Part shown: positions 10,518 to 21,043 of the stretch, piece after piece
Layout of the letters: each line of letters opens with the position of its first letter
Position numbering within the stretch: the first letter of the stretch is position 1
Source: an uncultured Gammaproteobacteria bacterium
Lineage (GTDB): Bacteria > Pseudomonadota > Gammaproteobacteria > UBA4575
Length of the DNA: 64,000 nt
Reading direction: 5' to 3'
NCBI GenBank assembly: GCA_963976865.1
Contig: CAXBLY010000003.1
Span: forward strand, 11,154 to 75,153
Notes under the pieces: generated by a model
Databases searched by the model: none
What the model saw: the letters and a program-made list of their open reading frames with translations, nothing else
What the model was told of the DNA's origin: nothing
Program-made: the position numbers and the translations under genes

Positions 10518-12304
10518 GATGCTATTTTTACCTCTTCTTTATGTTGTAATAACTCGAGTAATGTTTCACAGGTATTTCGTGCAGCAAATTCAAAGAAGGG
10601 TTCTGATTCATCTGTTCTATGTCTCATATACACTTCCAGGATATTGGCAATAAGTTGAGGAATCAGTTCTGCGTCAACATTTTTCATAAATTCTTTTGCG
10701 ATGGCCTGGGAGTCAGAAAAACCTCCACCAAGAAATACGTCATATCCGTCAATTGGATCTGAATCTTCACCCACGTCTACTTTAGTCGCAAGAAGACCTA
10801 TATCTCCGATGTAATGTTGTGCGCAAGAATGATGACAACCTGTTAAATGAATATTAATTGGTTGATCAAGACTGATTTTAGATTCTACATAATCTGCAAT
10901 ATTCGTAGCATGCAGTTTGGTATTTGCATTGGCAAATTTGCATCCCCAACTTCCTGTGCAGGCAATCAGGTTTGCTCGAATATTACTTGCAGTCCAATGA
11001 AGACCTAACGACTCTATTCTTTCTTTTACTGTATCAATATTTTCATTTTTGATATCAGAGATAATTAAATTCTGCCAAACAGTAAGGCGAATACAGCCAC
11101 TTCCATATTGTTCTGCAATATCAGCAAGTCCGTACATTTGTTCTGTTTCTATTCTGCCAACTGGACAGACTATTCCTATGTACGATAAGTCTTCCTGTTT
11201 TTGCTTGTGTACACCTATATGTGCCATACGATCGATCTTGGATCGTGTAATACAGTTTTCTAATGGGAACTTGACCAGCTCAAATTCACATTGTTCTGTG
11301 ACTGCCTGCATGAATTTCTCTAACCCCCAGTCATCAAGAAGGTATTTTAAACGTGCTTTATTGCGATCAGTTCGATCGCCGTTATCTATAAAGACACGGA
11401 TTACTGCTTTTGCCATGGGTATGCATTGCTCTGGTGTAAGAAGGATACCAGTATCACAGGCAAAATCTTCGTGACCGGTTATTCCACCTAATTGCATCCT
11501 GAAATAAACACCGGGTTTAATGCTATTCGAATTATCTTCAACTTTAACAGCTGCAAAACCAATATCATTGGTATCTTCAAGTACGCTGACAGCGCCACCA
11601 CCATCGAATGCAATATTGAATTTTCGAGGTAATCCATACATGTCTCTGTGATATAAAATATAATAATGTAATTCACGTGCTAGCTCGCGCGTATCATAAA
11701 TCTCATCAGCTGAAATTCCTGACAATGGGTTGCCTGTTACATTGCGAATATTGTCAGCGCCGGAACCACGATTCATAACACCAAGATCCTGCATTCCTAA
11801 TAATAGTTTAGTGGCATCATGTGCTCCGACTTCACGAAGCTGTAGGTTTGCACGAGTCGTTATATGTGTGTAACTCCCGCCATACTGGGAAGTGAGGTCG
11901 GCAATTCCCCTAAATTGTGTTGCATTTATAATTCCATTTGGCATACGCAGACGGGACATAAAAGAATTTTGCGCAGGCGCGACATAAAATAAGCCATGAA
12001 ACTTATATCGAAATACATCTACTCCTTTAGGAAAAACACCTTCATTAGCGTTTTTCACCATTTGATCCCAGTAATCAAATGGATGATGCTCACGTTTGGC
12101 TTTTTCTTCATTACATAACTTTTTACCAGCCTGTAAATACTTGTTTTGTGCCTGAATATGCAGTGCATCAGGATTGATTCCAATAGGGACGCCATAGTCG
12201 GATTCAGCTTTGGAACTGTCAGGCATATTTGTCTTTGCTATCTGCAAGCCACTTGCTAAACCTTCTAAATAACGCATTTGTTCAATGCTGAAATCTTCTT
12301 CCAT
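10514..12304 (-). CDS. Sirohaem-[4Fe-4S] nitrite/sulfite reductase haemoprotein (NirA/CysI family). The context favours assimilatory nitrite reductase.
   Basis: 596 aa. N-terminal MSRLRMPNG...ITTRANLQLR motif. Cys cluster motifs CTGSWGC and TGCHHSCAQHYIGDIG. Stop overlaps the downstream gene by 4 nt. Its leader carries an attenuator similar to the nrtA leader. Confidence 0.7.
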   Translation of the reverse strand: MEEDFSIEQMRYLEGLASGLQIAKTNMPDSSKAESDYGVPIGINPDALHIQAQNKYLQAGKKLCNEEKAKREHHPFDYWDQMVKNANEGVFPKGVDVFRYKFHGLFYVAPAQNSFMSRLRMPNGIINATQFRGIADLTSQYGGSYTHITTRANLQLREVGAHDATKLLLGMQDLGVMNRGSGADNIRNVTGNPLSGISADEIYDTRELARELHYYILYHRDMYGLPRKFNIAFDGGGAVSVLEDTNDIGFAAVKVEDNSNSIKPGVYFRMQLGGITGHEDFACDTGILLTPEQCIPMAKAVIRVFIDNGDRTDRNKARLKYLLDDWGLEKFMQAVTEQCEFELVKFPLENCITRSKIDRMAHIGVHKQKQEDLSYIGIVCPVGRIETEQMYGLADIAEQYGSGCIRLTVWQNLIISDIKNENIDTVKERIESLGLHWTASNIRANLIACTGSWGCKFANANTKLHATNIADYVESKISLDQPINIHLTGCHHSCAQHYIGDIGLLATKVDVGEDSDPIDGYDVFLGGGFSDSQAIAKEFMKNVDAELIPQLIANILEVYMRHRTDESEPFFEFAARNTCETLLELLQHKEEVKIAS

Positions 12305-12371
12305 TATTTAAATCCACTTATATTGGTAATATTCATTCGTTATACATAAAGACATTTTGTAAAAGTATTAT

Positions 12372-12422
12372 GCAAAAAAAAACGACGCATCGAACTTGTG
12401 TGAAATTTGATTTGACGTCGTT
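12372..12422 (-). promoter_or_regulatory. 5' leader terminator-like hairpin plus U9 tract, about 70 nt upstream of the nirA-like start codon
   Basis: On the minus-strand transcript, AACGACG (rc of 12416-12422) pairs with CGUCGUU (rc of 12381-12387), followed by nine U (plus-strand A-run 12374-12382). Confidence 0.5.
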
Positions 12423-12797
12423 GTCTGTTGATTCTCTAAGCGGCAAGCAGTTTGTTATCTAGCCTGCAAGGCTGAATCAAGTATATATTAGGTACAGCAA
12501 AAATCGCGCCATATGATACTTTCCTTTGGATGGACCTAACTTATTGTTATTTGGTAAAGAGATAAAGAATAACCGTGATATGCGTGCTGGAATGGTGCAA
12601 TAAAACAAATTTTTGCACCATAAAAGTTCACAAAGACGGCTAACCAATATGGGTTTAGTGCGTCATTGATTTACTATATGTAAGTGTCAATAATGTATTG
12701 AGAATCCTTCAGGTTTTTAATAAATAATAACTGCGTAGGACCTCTACTATTATCAGATATAGGGCAATAAGATAGTTTGAATATCAGGTCAGTTAAC

Positions 12798-13739
12798 TTA
12801 AGGCCCAAACCAGAATTCCAAATTCTTCTCCAGGAACTCATCAAAACGCATATAATGCGAACCATCACAGGAGAAATTCAGGCCTACCATGCCATTAATG
12901 ATATTTAGTGAACCTGATCTTAAGTATATATTCTCATCTGCAAACCGTAGTTTACGAAAAAGCTCAAAAATTGAGGCTACATCATTGGCTGGCACAATTG
13001 CCCGTTCATGATATGGCCGTCCTGGGTAGGCAAGACAGATATCTGGATCCACCAATTCATCTATACTTAATATACGGTAGGTAAAAGGGTCATCTACCAC
13101 CCATATTGTTGCGCGACTACTGGAGAAATGAAGCTTGCCATGGAAGATGCCAAGCTCAGTTATTAACTCATTCATAATATGCAAGACGTTATCCATATTA
13201 TTATCTAATTGGCTTTCAACACGTTCCTGATTAAACAATACACTGCGAATTGCAGGATCTCCCTTAATTTGACGCCAATTGCCCGGTTCCTGATATCCTT
13301 CCTTTATTCCGGGTAGTTCTCTTAAGTCAAAATCTGCACCGAGAAATCCTGCTATCTCACCCTTGATGCCATGTATTACCTGGATTGCAGTGAATGAAGG
13401 TCTTTTCCTGTTGCGGCTGATGTAGGCATCAGATAATTTGAAATCTGTTGTGCCAATGATGCCCTGCATATACGGGCGATCCATACGATCACGGCCAAAG
13501 TGCCTGCCATCTTTGCCTGTTTGTGTAATGTTGTCTGTTATCTGTTTTCCGTCAGCATCGAGAATAAAAAGATGCTTGCAATAGGTCAGCTGTGGAAACA
13601 CCTCGGATAACATTCGCTCAAGTTCATTGCGATCATTGAGCATGGGCATGCATTTCGCCGCAAGCTGATGCAGTTCCTTACTTAACAACGCTGTTATTTT
13701 TTCACGTTGTAATCGTATTGCCTGTCTGATATTACTCAT
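12798..13739 (-). CDS. Hypothetical cytoplasmic protein
   Basis: 313-aa ORF with no TM segments and no recognisable catalytic motif. Lies between the nirA leader/promoter and the czc operon. Confidence 0.4.
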   Translation of the reverse strand: MSNIRQAIRLQREKITALLSKELHQLAAKCMPMLNDRNELERMLSEVFPQLTYCKHLFILDADGKQITDNITQTGKDGRHFGRDRMDRPYMQGIIGTTDFKLSDAYISRNRKRPSFTAIQVIHGIKGEIAGFLGADFDLRELPGIKEGYQEPGNWRQIKGDPAIRSVLFNQERVESQLDNNMDNVLHIMNELITELGIFHGKLHFSSSRATIWVVDDPFTYRILSIDELVDPDICLAYPGRPYHERAIVPANDVASIFELFRKLRFADENIYLRSGSLNIINGMVGLNFSCDGSHYMRFDEFLEKNLEFWFGP

Positions 13740-13908
13740 ACCTTCACAATATTACTATATTTTACTGTGCTGACAAGTTAAGTGTACTTAATGACGATGT
13801 TCATATCGAAACATCAGATATTATGTATATGTTAGTAGTGATAAATTATGTAAAAGTAATTTTGTTAGCATCTTGTATGACTGGCTGGTATTTACCTGGC
13901 ATGTGAAT

Positions 13909-16900
13909 TCAGGTATTTTTTATTAATACATCAGGTTTTTTATTTGCCGCTATTTTCGCATCACCTGAGTGGATGATTCTGTACAATGCCGGCAGCACCA
14001 GAAGAGTGAGAATCGTAGATGAAACAATTCCGCCTATCACAACTGTTGCGAGAGGCCGTTGTACTTCTGAACCTATCCCGGTATTTAGTGCCATCGGTAT
14101 AAATCCGAGTGATGCTACCAGGGCTGTCATCATCACCGGTCTTAATCGCGTGATCGCTCCTTCAATGATGGCGTCATGTAACGATTTTCCGCTTTGTTGC
14201 AAGTTGCGAATGAATGACACCATTACTAGTCCATTTAACACGGCGATCCCGGACAGTGCGATAAAACCCACGGCTGCTGATATTGAGAAGGGAAGATCCC
14301 TCAAAATCAATGCCGCGACACCACCTGTTAGTGCTAATGGTACACCTGTAAAGATAATTCCTGCATCGCGTATTGACTTCAGCGCAATAACTAATGCAAT
14401 AATAATCACAAGCAAAGCCATAGGGACAACGACTGATAAACGCTTTGTCGCTGACTGTAAGTTTTGATATGTGCCGCCATATTCAATCCAGTTACCGGCA
14501 GGTATATCTACATTTTGATTGATAGCACCTTTAACATCTGTGACAAATGAACCCAGATCACGCCCGCGTACATTGGATGTGACGACGATACGACGTTTGC
14601 CATTTTCCCGAATAACCTGGTTATAGCTGGAGATTAAATTAAAGCTGGCTACCTCTTTTAATGGAACATACCCGCCAGACGTCAGTGGTACTGGTAGAAA
14701 CTCCAGGGCATCAGTATCGGTGCGCAGTTTCTCACTCAAACGTATGACAATATCTGATCGTTGATCTCCTTCATAGAATTGACTGACATTTGAACCACCA
14801 AGTAGTGACGCAATTAAATCCTGGACTTCCCTGATAGTTAAGCCATAGCGTGCCATTGCATTGCGATTCGGTTCAATGGTTAAGACAGGTAGGCCTGTGG
14901 ACTGTTCAGCGGCAACATCAGCACTCCCGTCAACTGATTTTATGGCTTTTTCTATTTGTTCACCAATTTCAATTAAAGTATCAAAATCATCGCCAAAGAC
15001 TTTAACTGCCAACTCTGACCTAACGCCAGCAATTAATTCATTGAAGCGCATTTGAATAGGTTGCAGAAACTCATAACGATTGCCTGGAATTGGGTCAACA
15101 ATCTCTTCCAGATCTTTTACCACATCAGACTTGAGTTTTGTTGGATCAGGCCACTTAGAACGAGGCTTTAAGATAATAAAATTATCAGCGACACTAGGCG
15201 GCATCGGGTCAGTAGCCACTTCAGGTGTTCCGATTTTAGTAAATACGCGCTCGACTTCCGGGAGTTTTTTGATTTCCAACTCCAATTGTTCCTGAAGTTG
15301 AATTGATTGTGATAATGAAGTGCCTGGAATTCTAAGCGCATGCATTGCTATGTCACCTTCATCCAGATTTGGAATGAATTCTGAGCCTAATTGACTGGCA
15401 ACAACGCCTGTGAGTGATATCAAGCCAATTGCGGCTAGTAATACTAACCATCTTAGCTTTAATGCAGATAAAAGTATGGGATGATAAATATTCTGTACAA
15501 ATTTGATAATAGGATTATTCTTCTCCTGTATCGGTTTTCGAAAAAATAATGCGACACAGGCGGGTACAAACGTTATTGATAGTAGCATCGCGCTGATTAA
15601 TGCCATTATTACAGTGAGTGCCATCGGGTGAAACATTTTTCCTTCAATGCCTGTTAGTGCCAGTATCGGTACATAGACAGCCGTAATAATGAATACACCA
15701 AACAGTGCTGGTTGAATAACCTCTTTAGTTGCATTAAATACAATATTAAAGCGCTCTTTTAAAAATTTATTCTGATCTTTTGTTGCGTCACTTAGTCTGC
15801 GTAAACAGTTCTCGACAATAATCACGGCGCCATCGACGATCAATCCAAAATCAAGTGCGCCAAGACTCATTAAGCTCGCGCTGACATTGTTGTGAACCAT
15901 GCCTGTAATTGTCATTAGCATGGCAATTGGAATGACCGCTGCAGTCAGGATTGCAGCACGGATGTTTCCGAGCAGCAAAAAAAGCACCAAAATTACAAGC
16001 AAGGCACCTTCGGTTAAATTTTTCTTTACAGTAGAAAGGGTTTTATCTACTAACCCTGTTCTATCATATACTGGGGTAGCAGTAATTCCTTCAGGCAAGC
16101 TCTTTTGAACTTCTTCCAGCTTCTCTGCGACTCGAATGGAAACTTCTCGACTATTTTCACCTATCAACATAAATACGGTGCTTAACACTATCTCTCGACC
16201 ATTTTGTGTTGCAGCCCCTGATCGTAATTCTTTTCCAATACTGACGTCTGCAATATCTCTAATTTTTATTGGTATCCTGTTATTTGTATGGACAACAATA
16301 TTCTTAAGTTCATCGATTGTAGTAGCTTGCCCTGGCACTCGCATTAACCATTGTGCACCATTATTTTCTATGAAACCGGCGCCACGATTATCGTTATTTT
16401 CTTCTACTGCTCGGCTTATATCAGATGTGGTTAATCCATATGCTAATAATTTTTCAGGATGAGGAGCAATTTGTAATTCTTTTTTGTAACCACCAATCGG
16501 GTTAATTTCTACAATACCAGGTACGCGCAGTAATTGAGGACGTATAATCCAGTCATGTACTGTGCGTAAATCTGTTGGTGTAATCAATGTTCCATCTTTA
16601 TTGCGAGCACCTGGCTCTGCATCGACAGTGAACATAAAGATTTCGCCAAGCCCCGTTGAGATTGGGCCAAGTGACGGTTCTAATGAATTGGGTAGGGTGC
16701 TTTTTGCTGTATTTAACCTTTCGCTAACCAATTGGCGCGCAAAATAAATATCAGTTCCGTCTTCAAATACAATTGTGACCTGAGATAATCCATAACGGGA
16801 TAATGAACGTGTATAGGATAATTTTGGCAGGCCACCCATCGCGCTTTCCAGTGGAAAGGTGATACGTTGTTCGACTTCCAGAGGTGTGTATCCCGGGGCC

Positions 16901-17055
16901 GGGGTATTAACTGTCACTTGTACATTGGTAATGTCAGGTACAGCATCAATGGGTAAGTTAGTAAAATTCCAAATTCCCAGCAATGAAATAAATAGTATTA
17001 ATGTAATTACGATCCCTCTATGTGAAATCGAAGCCTTTAAGATATAGTCAAGCAT
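13909..17055 (-). CDS. czcA: Heavy-metal efflux RND pump, HME family (CzcA/CusA)
   Basis: 1048 aa. N-terminal region near-colinear with CzcA (PIDAVPDITNVQV, SRYGLSQVT, GAATQNGRE, LGALDFGLIVDGAVIIVEN). Confidence 0.85.
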   Translation of the reverse strand: MLDYILKASISHRGIVITLILFISLLGIWNFTNLPIDAVPDITNVQVTVNTPAPGYTPLEVEQRITFPLESAMGGLPKLSYTRSLSRYGLSQVTIVFEDGTDIYFARQLVSERLNTAKSTLPNSLEPSLGPISTGLGEIFMFTVDAEPGARNKDGTLITPTDLRTVHDWIIRPQLLRVPGIVEINPIGGYKKELQIAPHPEKLLAYGLTTSDISRAVEENNDNRGAGFIENNGAQWLMRVPGQATTIDELKNIVVHTNNRIPIKIRDIADVSIGKELRSGAATQNGREIVLSTVFMLIGENSREVSIRVAEKLEEVQKSLPEGITATPVYDRTGLVDKTLSTVKKNLTEGALLVILVLFLLLGNIRAAILTAAVIPIAMLMTITGMVHNNVSASLMSLGALDFGLIVDGAVIIVENCLRRLSDATKDQNKFLKERFNIVFNATKEVIQPALFGVFIITAVYVPILALTGIEGKMFHPMALTVIMALISAMLLSITFVPACVALFFRKPIQEKNNPIIKFVQNIYHPILLSALKLRWLVLLAAIGLISLTGVVASQLGSEFIPNLDEGDIAMHALRIPGTSLSQSIQLQEQLELEIKKLPEVERVFTKIGTPEVATDPMPPSVADNFIILKPRSKWPDPTKLKSDVVKDLEEIVDPIPGNRYEFLQPIQMRFNELIAGVRSELAVKVFGDDFDTLIEIGEQIEKAIKSVDGSADVAAEQSTGLPVLTIEPNRNAMARYGLTIREVQDLIASLLGGSNVSQFYEGDQRSDIVIRLSEKLRTDTDALEFLPVPLTSGGYVPLKEVASFNLISSYNQVIRENGKRRIVVTSNVRGRDLGSFVTDVKGAINQNVDIPAGNWIEYGGTYQNLQSATKRLSVVVPMALLVIIIALVIALKSIRDAGIIFTGVPLALTGGVAALILRDLPFSISAAVGFIALSGIAVLNGLVMVSFIRNLQQSGKSLHDAIIEGAITRLRPVMMTALVASLGFIPMALNTGIGSEVQRPLATVVIGGIVSSTILTLLVLPALYRIIHSGDAKIAANKKPDVLIKNT

Positions 17056-17064
17056 AATTTAATC

Positions 17065-18306
17065 CTAGTGATCATGTGATGCAGCTGATTTTTCGATATC
17101 AGCTTTTACGATATAGCTGTTATCAACAACGTAAGGTGTGCCTGGATCAATACCACCAAGGACTTCAGCCCACTCGCTATCCTGTCGACCTAGTTCAAGC
17201 ATGCGAACTTCATACTGATTTCCAAACATGGCATATACGACAGTAAAATCTCGAAAACTTTGTAGTCCAGTACGTTTTACAGCCAATGGAACGGTGTAAA
17301 CGGCGGTAGTAATATCACCCTGTATAAACATGCCATGTGTAAATAGATTATCTTTGTTATTGATAATTACCCTTGCAGTCACAGATTGATTATCATCTGC
17401 TGTCACGCTGATGTTAGAAATTTTTCCTGTATAGGTTTGACTGGAGACAGTGTCACGTATTACTACGGTTGAACCATTGGAAACCTCGGCCCTGTCACTT
17501 GGGAATATTTTTAAATTTGCCCATAAGGATTGAGTGTCCATTATTGTGAATAATATTTTGCCCATGGTTTGCTCACCTGAACCCATGGTTCGCTGTGTAA
17601 TAACACCTCTAATTGGCGACTTGATAGAGTAGGTAGTTAAACTTTCGTTGCTCTCTACATTGGCGAGTAACTGACCTTTGTCAACAAGATCACCTTCTGA
17701 TACGTAGACATTTTTGATTTCGCCATCAAAACGAGCATTAATATTTCGAATGCCTTCAGGATTTGAAGTGATTTCACCGTAAACAGTGATAGTTTCTTTA
17801 AGTGTGGCTGGGCCAGCTGCTAATGTAGTTAAACCAAAAGAGTCTGCGATTGCAGGATCTATAGAAGTCCTGCCTTCATGATTTTCATATTGCCAATTAT
17901 ATGTTTTTCCTTTGTAGGTGGCATTAACAGAAATATCAAAGGAATGTGGCTCATATATTTCATCATCGCCACGCAAAAAATCACTCTGTGGTTTGAAATT
18001 GATAATGTCTTTTATACCGCCTAATCGATCTAATTCAATCTTTAATGTGACTTCAGAAGGGTCAATTGTCTGGCCATTTTTAATAGCCCAGACACGATAT
18101 TCTGGTGGAATGCCTGCTTCAACAATGGCCAGTTCCAATGTGAAATCATCCTGGGTAAGAAGCCGTCCACCATGTAAGCCTTTTACGATCTCTTCATCAC
18201 TGTGGTCATCGTGGCTATCGTGATCGTGTGAGTGTGGACTAGCTGAATTATCACATCCATGTAATTGGAAAAGCAGTAGTATTAATAATATTTTAATCAT
18301 AGTCAT
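17065..18306 (-). CDS. czcB: HME-RND membrane fusion protein with a His-rich N-terminus (CzcB-like)
   Basis: 413 aa. Signal/lipobox region, N-terminal HSHDHDSHDDHSDEE, then an MFP beta-barrel/lipoyl-type core. Directly upstream of czcA. Confidence 0.8.
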   Translation of the reverse strand: MTMIKILLILLLFQLHGCDNSASPHSHDHDSHDDHSDEEIVKGLHGGRLLTQDDFTLELAIVEAGIPPEYRVWAIKNGQTIDPSEVTLKIELDRLGGIKDIINFKPQSDFLRGDDEIYEPHSFDISVNATYKGKTYNWQYENHEGRTSIDPAIADSFGLTTLAAGPATLKETITVYGEITSNPEGIRNINARFDGEIKNVYVSEGDLVDKGQLLANVESNESLTTYSIKSPIRGVITQRTMGSGEQTMGKILFTIMDTQSLWANLKIFPSDRAEVSNGSTVVIRDTVSSQTYTGKISNISVTADDNQSVTARVIINNKDNLFTHGMFIQGDITTAVYTVPLAVKRTGLQSFRDFTVVYAMFGNQYEVRMLELGRQDSEWAEVLGGIDPGTPYVVDNSYIVKADIEKSAASHDH

Positions 18307-18318
18307 AATGATTCTCTT

Positions 18319-19623
18319 TTAAGAATTGGTTTGAGATGTGATATCAACGCCAGTGAGCCGTTCAATTTCTATCACATGTAGATGTGCATCAATTACTGCT
18401 TCAAGTAACTCGTTTTTAGATTCAAGTAATTCAGTTTGGACTGTTTGCCAGTCAATAAAGCTGTAACGACCTCGTTCATAGGCAATTCTTGAATCGTTGG
18501 ATGCTTAAGTTATTAATGGAATAACGACAGATTCAAGTGTCGTTGCCCGATGTATACTATGCTGAAGTTCCTGATAAAGTATAAATAGATCTGAGTTCAG
18601 TCGAACTTCCAAAGCAGTGGATTCAGAATGTAATTTTTCTAATTGTGCATACTTGGCAGCAACGTTACCCTGGTTTTGATTTTTAAATCTTAAAGGCACG
18701 CTTAAATTTAATAATAGTGCCTGGTCATCTTCAGCCTCAAATCGTCGAATTCCTCCTTCAATTCTCCATTGAGGTTTGCTGAGAGTTTTAGCAAGCTTAA
18801 GTTCTGATTTGGCGAGTCGCTCTTTTGAAAGAATACGGGAAAATTGCGGATTTTGTTTTATTTGTTCTCTGATAACTTCATAAGATTCAAGTGAAGGTAA
18901 TGATGATATATCTCCAGAGACATTACTAAAGTAAGGCTCAAAGTCACCCCATTGAGCTGCCAGTCTTGTATATGAATTTTCGAGCTCATGTTCAATGTCA
19001 TCCAATGCTAACTTTCGTAGAGCGAGCTGTGCATGAGCTCTTGCCAATTCTGCTTTCGGAGCGCGACTGGCATTGACTCTTTTTTCTACTGCTAATATGG
19101 TACTTTCTGCTAGCTTAAATGCGTCAATGGCGGTTATTTTCCTGTTTTGATTAGCCAGGCAGATCAGATACCTTTCTGCAGTTTCTGCCGCTGCGTCTAT
19201 TCGCGCAATTTCACTTTCATTGTATGAGTAGTCATAGTTTGCCTGGGCAATATTCACTCGCTGAGCCACTTCGGATTTATTGAATAACCATCCGATGCTG
19301 ATTGTAGTTTCCAGTCGCTTTAAACCTGAAAATTCTCCACTACCAAATCCATTTTCAAATTCCACGCCTAATGTTGGAATTTGTGGCAATTTTGATTGCG
19401 TCAGTAGACTGTCCTGTATGTGAATTTCATAACCATACCTGAGCAAATCAGGACTTCGTTCAACAGTTAACTGAATAGCTTGATTGAGGGTAATGTCAGT
19501 ATTCTGTTGTAATGTTTCTGCAACTGATGACGTTATATATAAAAACATCATGCAAACACTGAAAAAGACGAATATTTTGCCCTTCATATTAAATCTCCAG
19601 ATACATTCAAAGGAACGCATCAA
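18319..19623 (-). pseudogene. czcC: Outer-membrane factor (CzcC/TolC family) interrupted by an in-frame TAA at 18505-18507
   Basis: The 372-aa ORF ends at 18505. The same frame continues after the stop as ASNDSRIAYERGRYSFIDWQTVQTELLESKNELLEAVIDAHLHVIEIERLTG, the typical OMF C-terminus, ending at 18319 just before czcB. Confidence 0.6.
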
Positions 19624-19688
19624 TTAATAATTACACGCGCATTCTCAGACATAAAAAAATGCCTGGATAGCACAAGGTTGAATATTAA

Positions 19689-20051
19689 TTAATGGAGTTG
19701 TGGAGGAGCTCTAAGAATTGGTCGCCAGAAATGATTCCTGTCATATCTGAGAATAGACGGTGTAAAGGGACATAGGTATCTACCGATATTATAGAAAGAT
19801 ATCAGTAATGCTACTGTAGAAATAAAAAATAGAAATACCTTTGACCAGCTTGTATTTAGCTCAAAGATATTGATATCAATACTGGTGTCATGATCATGAC
19901 CAGAGACATGATCACCGATATCATATAAATTCAGGTTGCGTGTAATCTCTTTGGTGGGTTCTAAGTCTATATGTATATGTATGCCACTGAGCTGCATGAA
20001 TAGCAGAGCAGTGCAGATATACAGAACGAAATGTAATCTCTTTATAGACAT
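19689..20051 (-). CDS. Hypothetical small membrane protein with a His/Asp-rich segment (GDHVSGHDHDTS), upstream of the czc operon
   Basis: 120-aa ORF with two hydrophobic segments. Confidence 0.35.
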   Translation of the reverse strand: MSIKRLHFVLYICTALLFMQLSGIHIHIDLEPTKEITRNLNLYDIGDHVSGHDHDTSIDINIFELNTSWSKVFLFFISTVALLISFYNIGRYLCPFTPSILRYDRNHFWRPILRAPPQLH

Positions 20052-20562
20052 AATGCGACTGTATGTGTTAACGGAAAAATTGTCAATGCCAATGTCTAAA
20101 AGGTACAGATAAGTAGACGTACACTATATGTTCTTTACCTATATTTCGAAGTGTATTTATTGATAAAACACATAAATCTTTTTTCATGCCACTCTGCTGA
20201 TAAATGAATTTAAGGCAAGTTGGATTGACATGTAAATATTATTCGTCTTATAAACATTGCGCAGTATGAATTGGAGATTTATTGCAACGCAGTAAGAGTA
20301 TTAATATAGTGTTATGGGAAGTGAATATTTACGGTTATATTATTTGTTACATGAACGGTGAAGAATTATTAAAACATTAATTATAGTAAATTAAAAAATA
20401 TCTAATTTGTTTTACTGATAGCAATTGCTGGTGAAAAATATACCATTGAAATAAAATGATAAATCACTTGAAACAGGAGTTTTGCTTAGGTGTTTTTGAC
20501 ATAGATGTGGTAAATCCGGGTGTCATATGATTTACCACATACTTGGTTTCTATTAATTATGA

Positions 20563-20727
20563 CTATACTCTAGGGCGTTTTCCCATAACAAAGAAAACCA
20601 CAGCTACAACCAATCCAACTACAAATAAAATCCATGCGATATTTGTTGCAGCGCCTGCAATTCCGCTGAATCCAAGTACAGCTGCCACTATAGCAACAAT
20701 TAAAAATAACAATGCCCAACTAAGCAT
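20563..20727 (-). CDS. UPF0391/DUF1328 family small membrane protein (54 aa), absent from the ORF track
   Basis: Reverse-strand translation [64 protein letters not shown] 5 nt before the ATG. Paralogous to 35403..35570. Confidence 0.7.
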   Translation of the reverse strand: MLSWALLFLIVAIVAAVLGFSGIAGAATNIAWILFVVGLVVAVVFFVMGKRPRV

Positions 20728-21043
20728 AAGAACTCTCCTGGTATTAAATTGATGATTTGTGCACTCGCTATTATAACATTGTATCTTCGTGAGTTTTGTT
20801 GGCGATCATTATTATAAGATGATTTTATAACTGGCAGATGAATGTAATATCGCAATTATCATGCGCTAACTTTTTGACAGTAACCTGTATATTGATAATA
20901 CATATATAGTACATCTTTTAAATAGATTTACTCATATCATAAGAGCGTGTAAAAGAGGTAGAAATACATTTTGAATTTTATAATTCTATTGGTCGTATAC
21001 ACTTCATTGATAAGTTAACAATAATTTTTAGCAGGTAAGCACA

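Noticed and set aside
10514-12304. Alternative call of the sirohaem enzyme/flavoprotein pair as assimilatory sulfite reductase CysJI
   Set aside because: Not fully excluded. The nitrate-locus context and the antitermination-type leader shared with nrtA favour nitrite reductase. Only biochemical or phylogenetic evidence would settle it.
13973-17047. Several 60-160-aa plus-strand ORFs inside czcA
   Set aside because: Antisense to a highly conserved RND pump gene. They are typical shadow ORFs.
20543-20752. 69-aa plus-strand ORF from the track
   Set aside because: Antisense to a well-supported UPF0391 gene with a strong RBS. Low-complexity T/N/A-rich translation.
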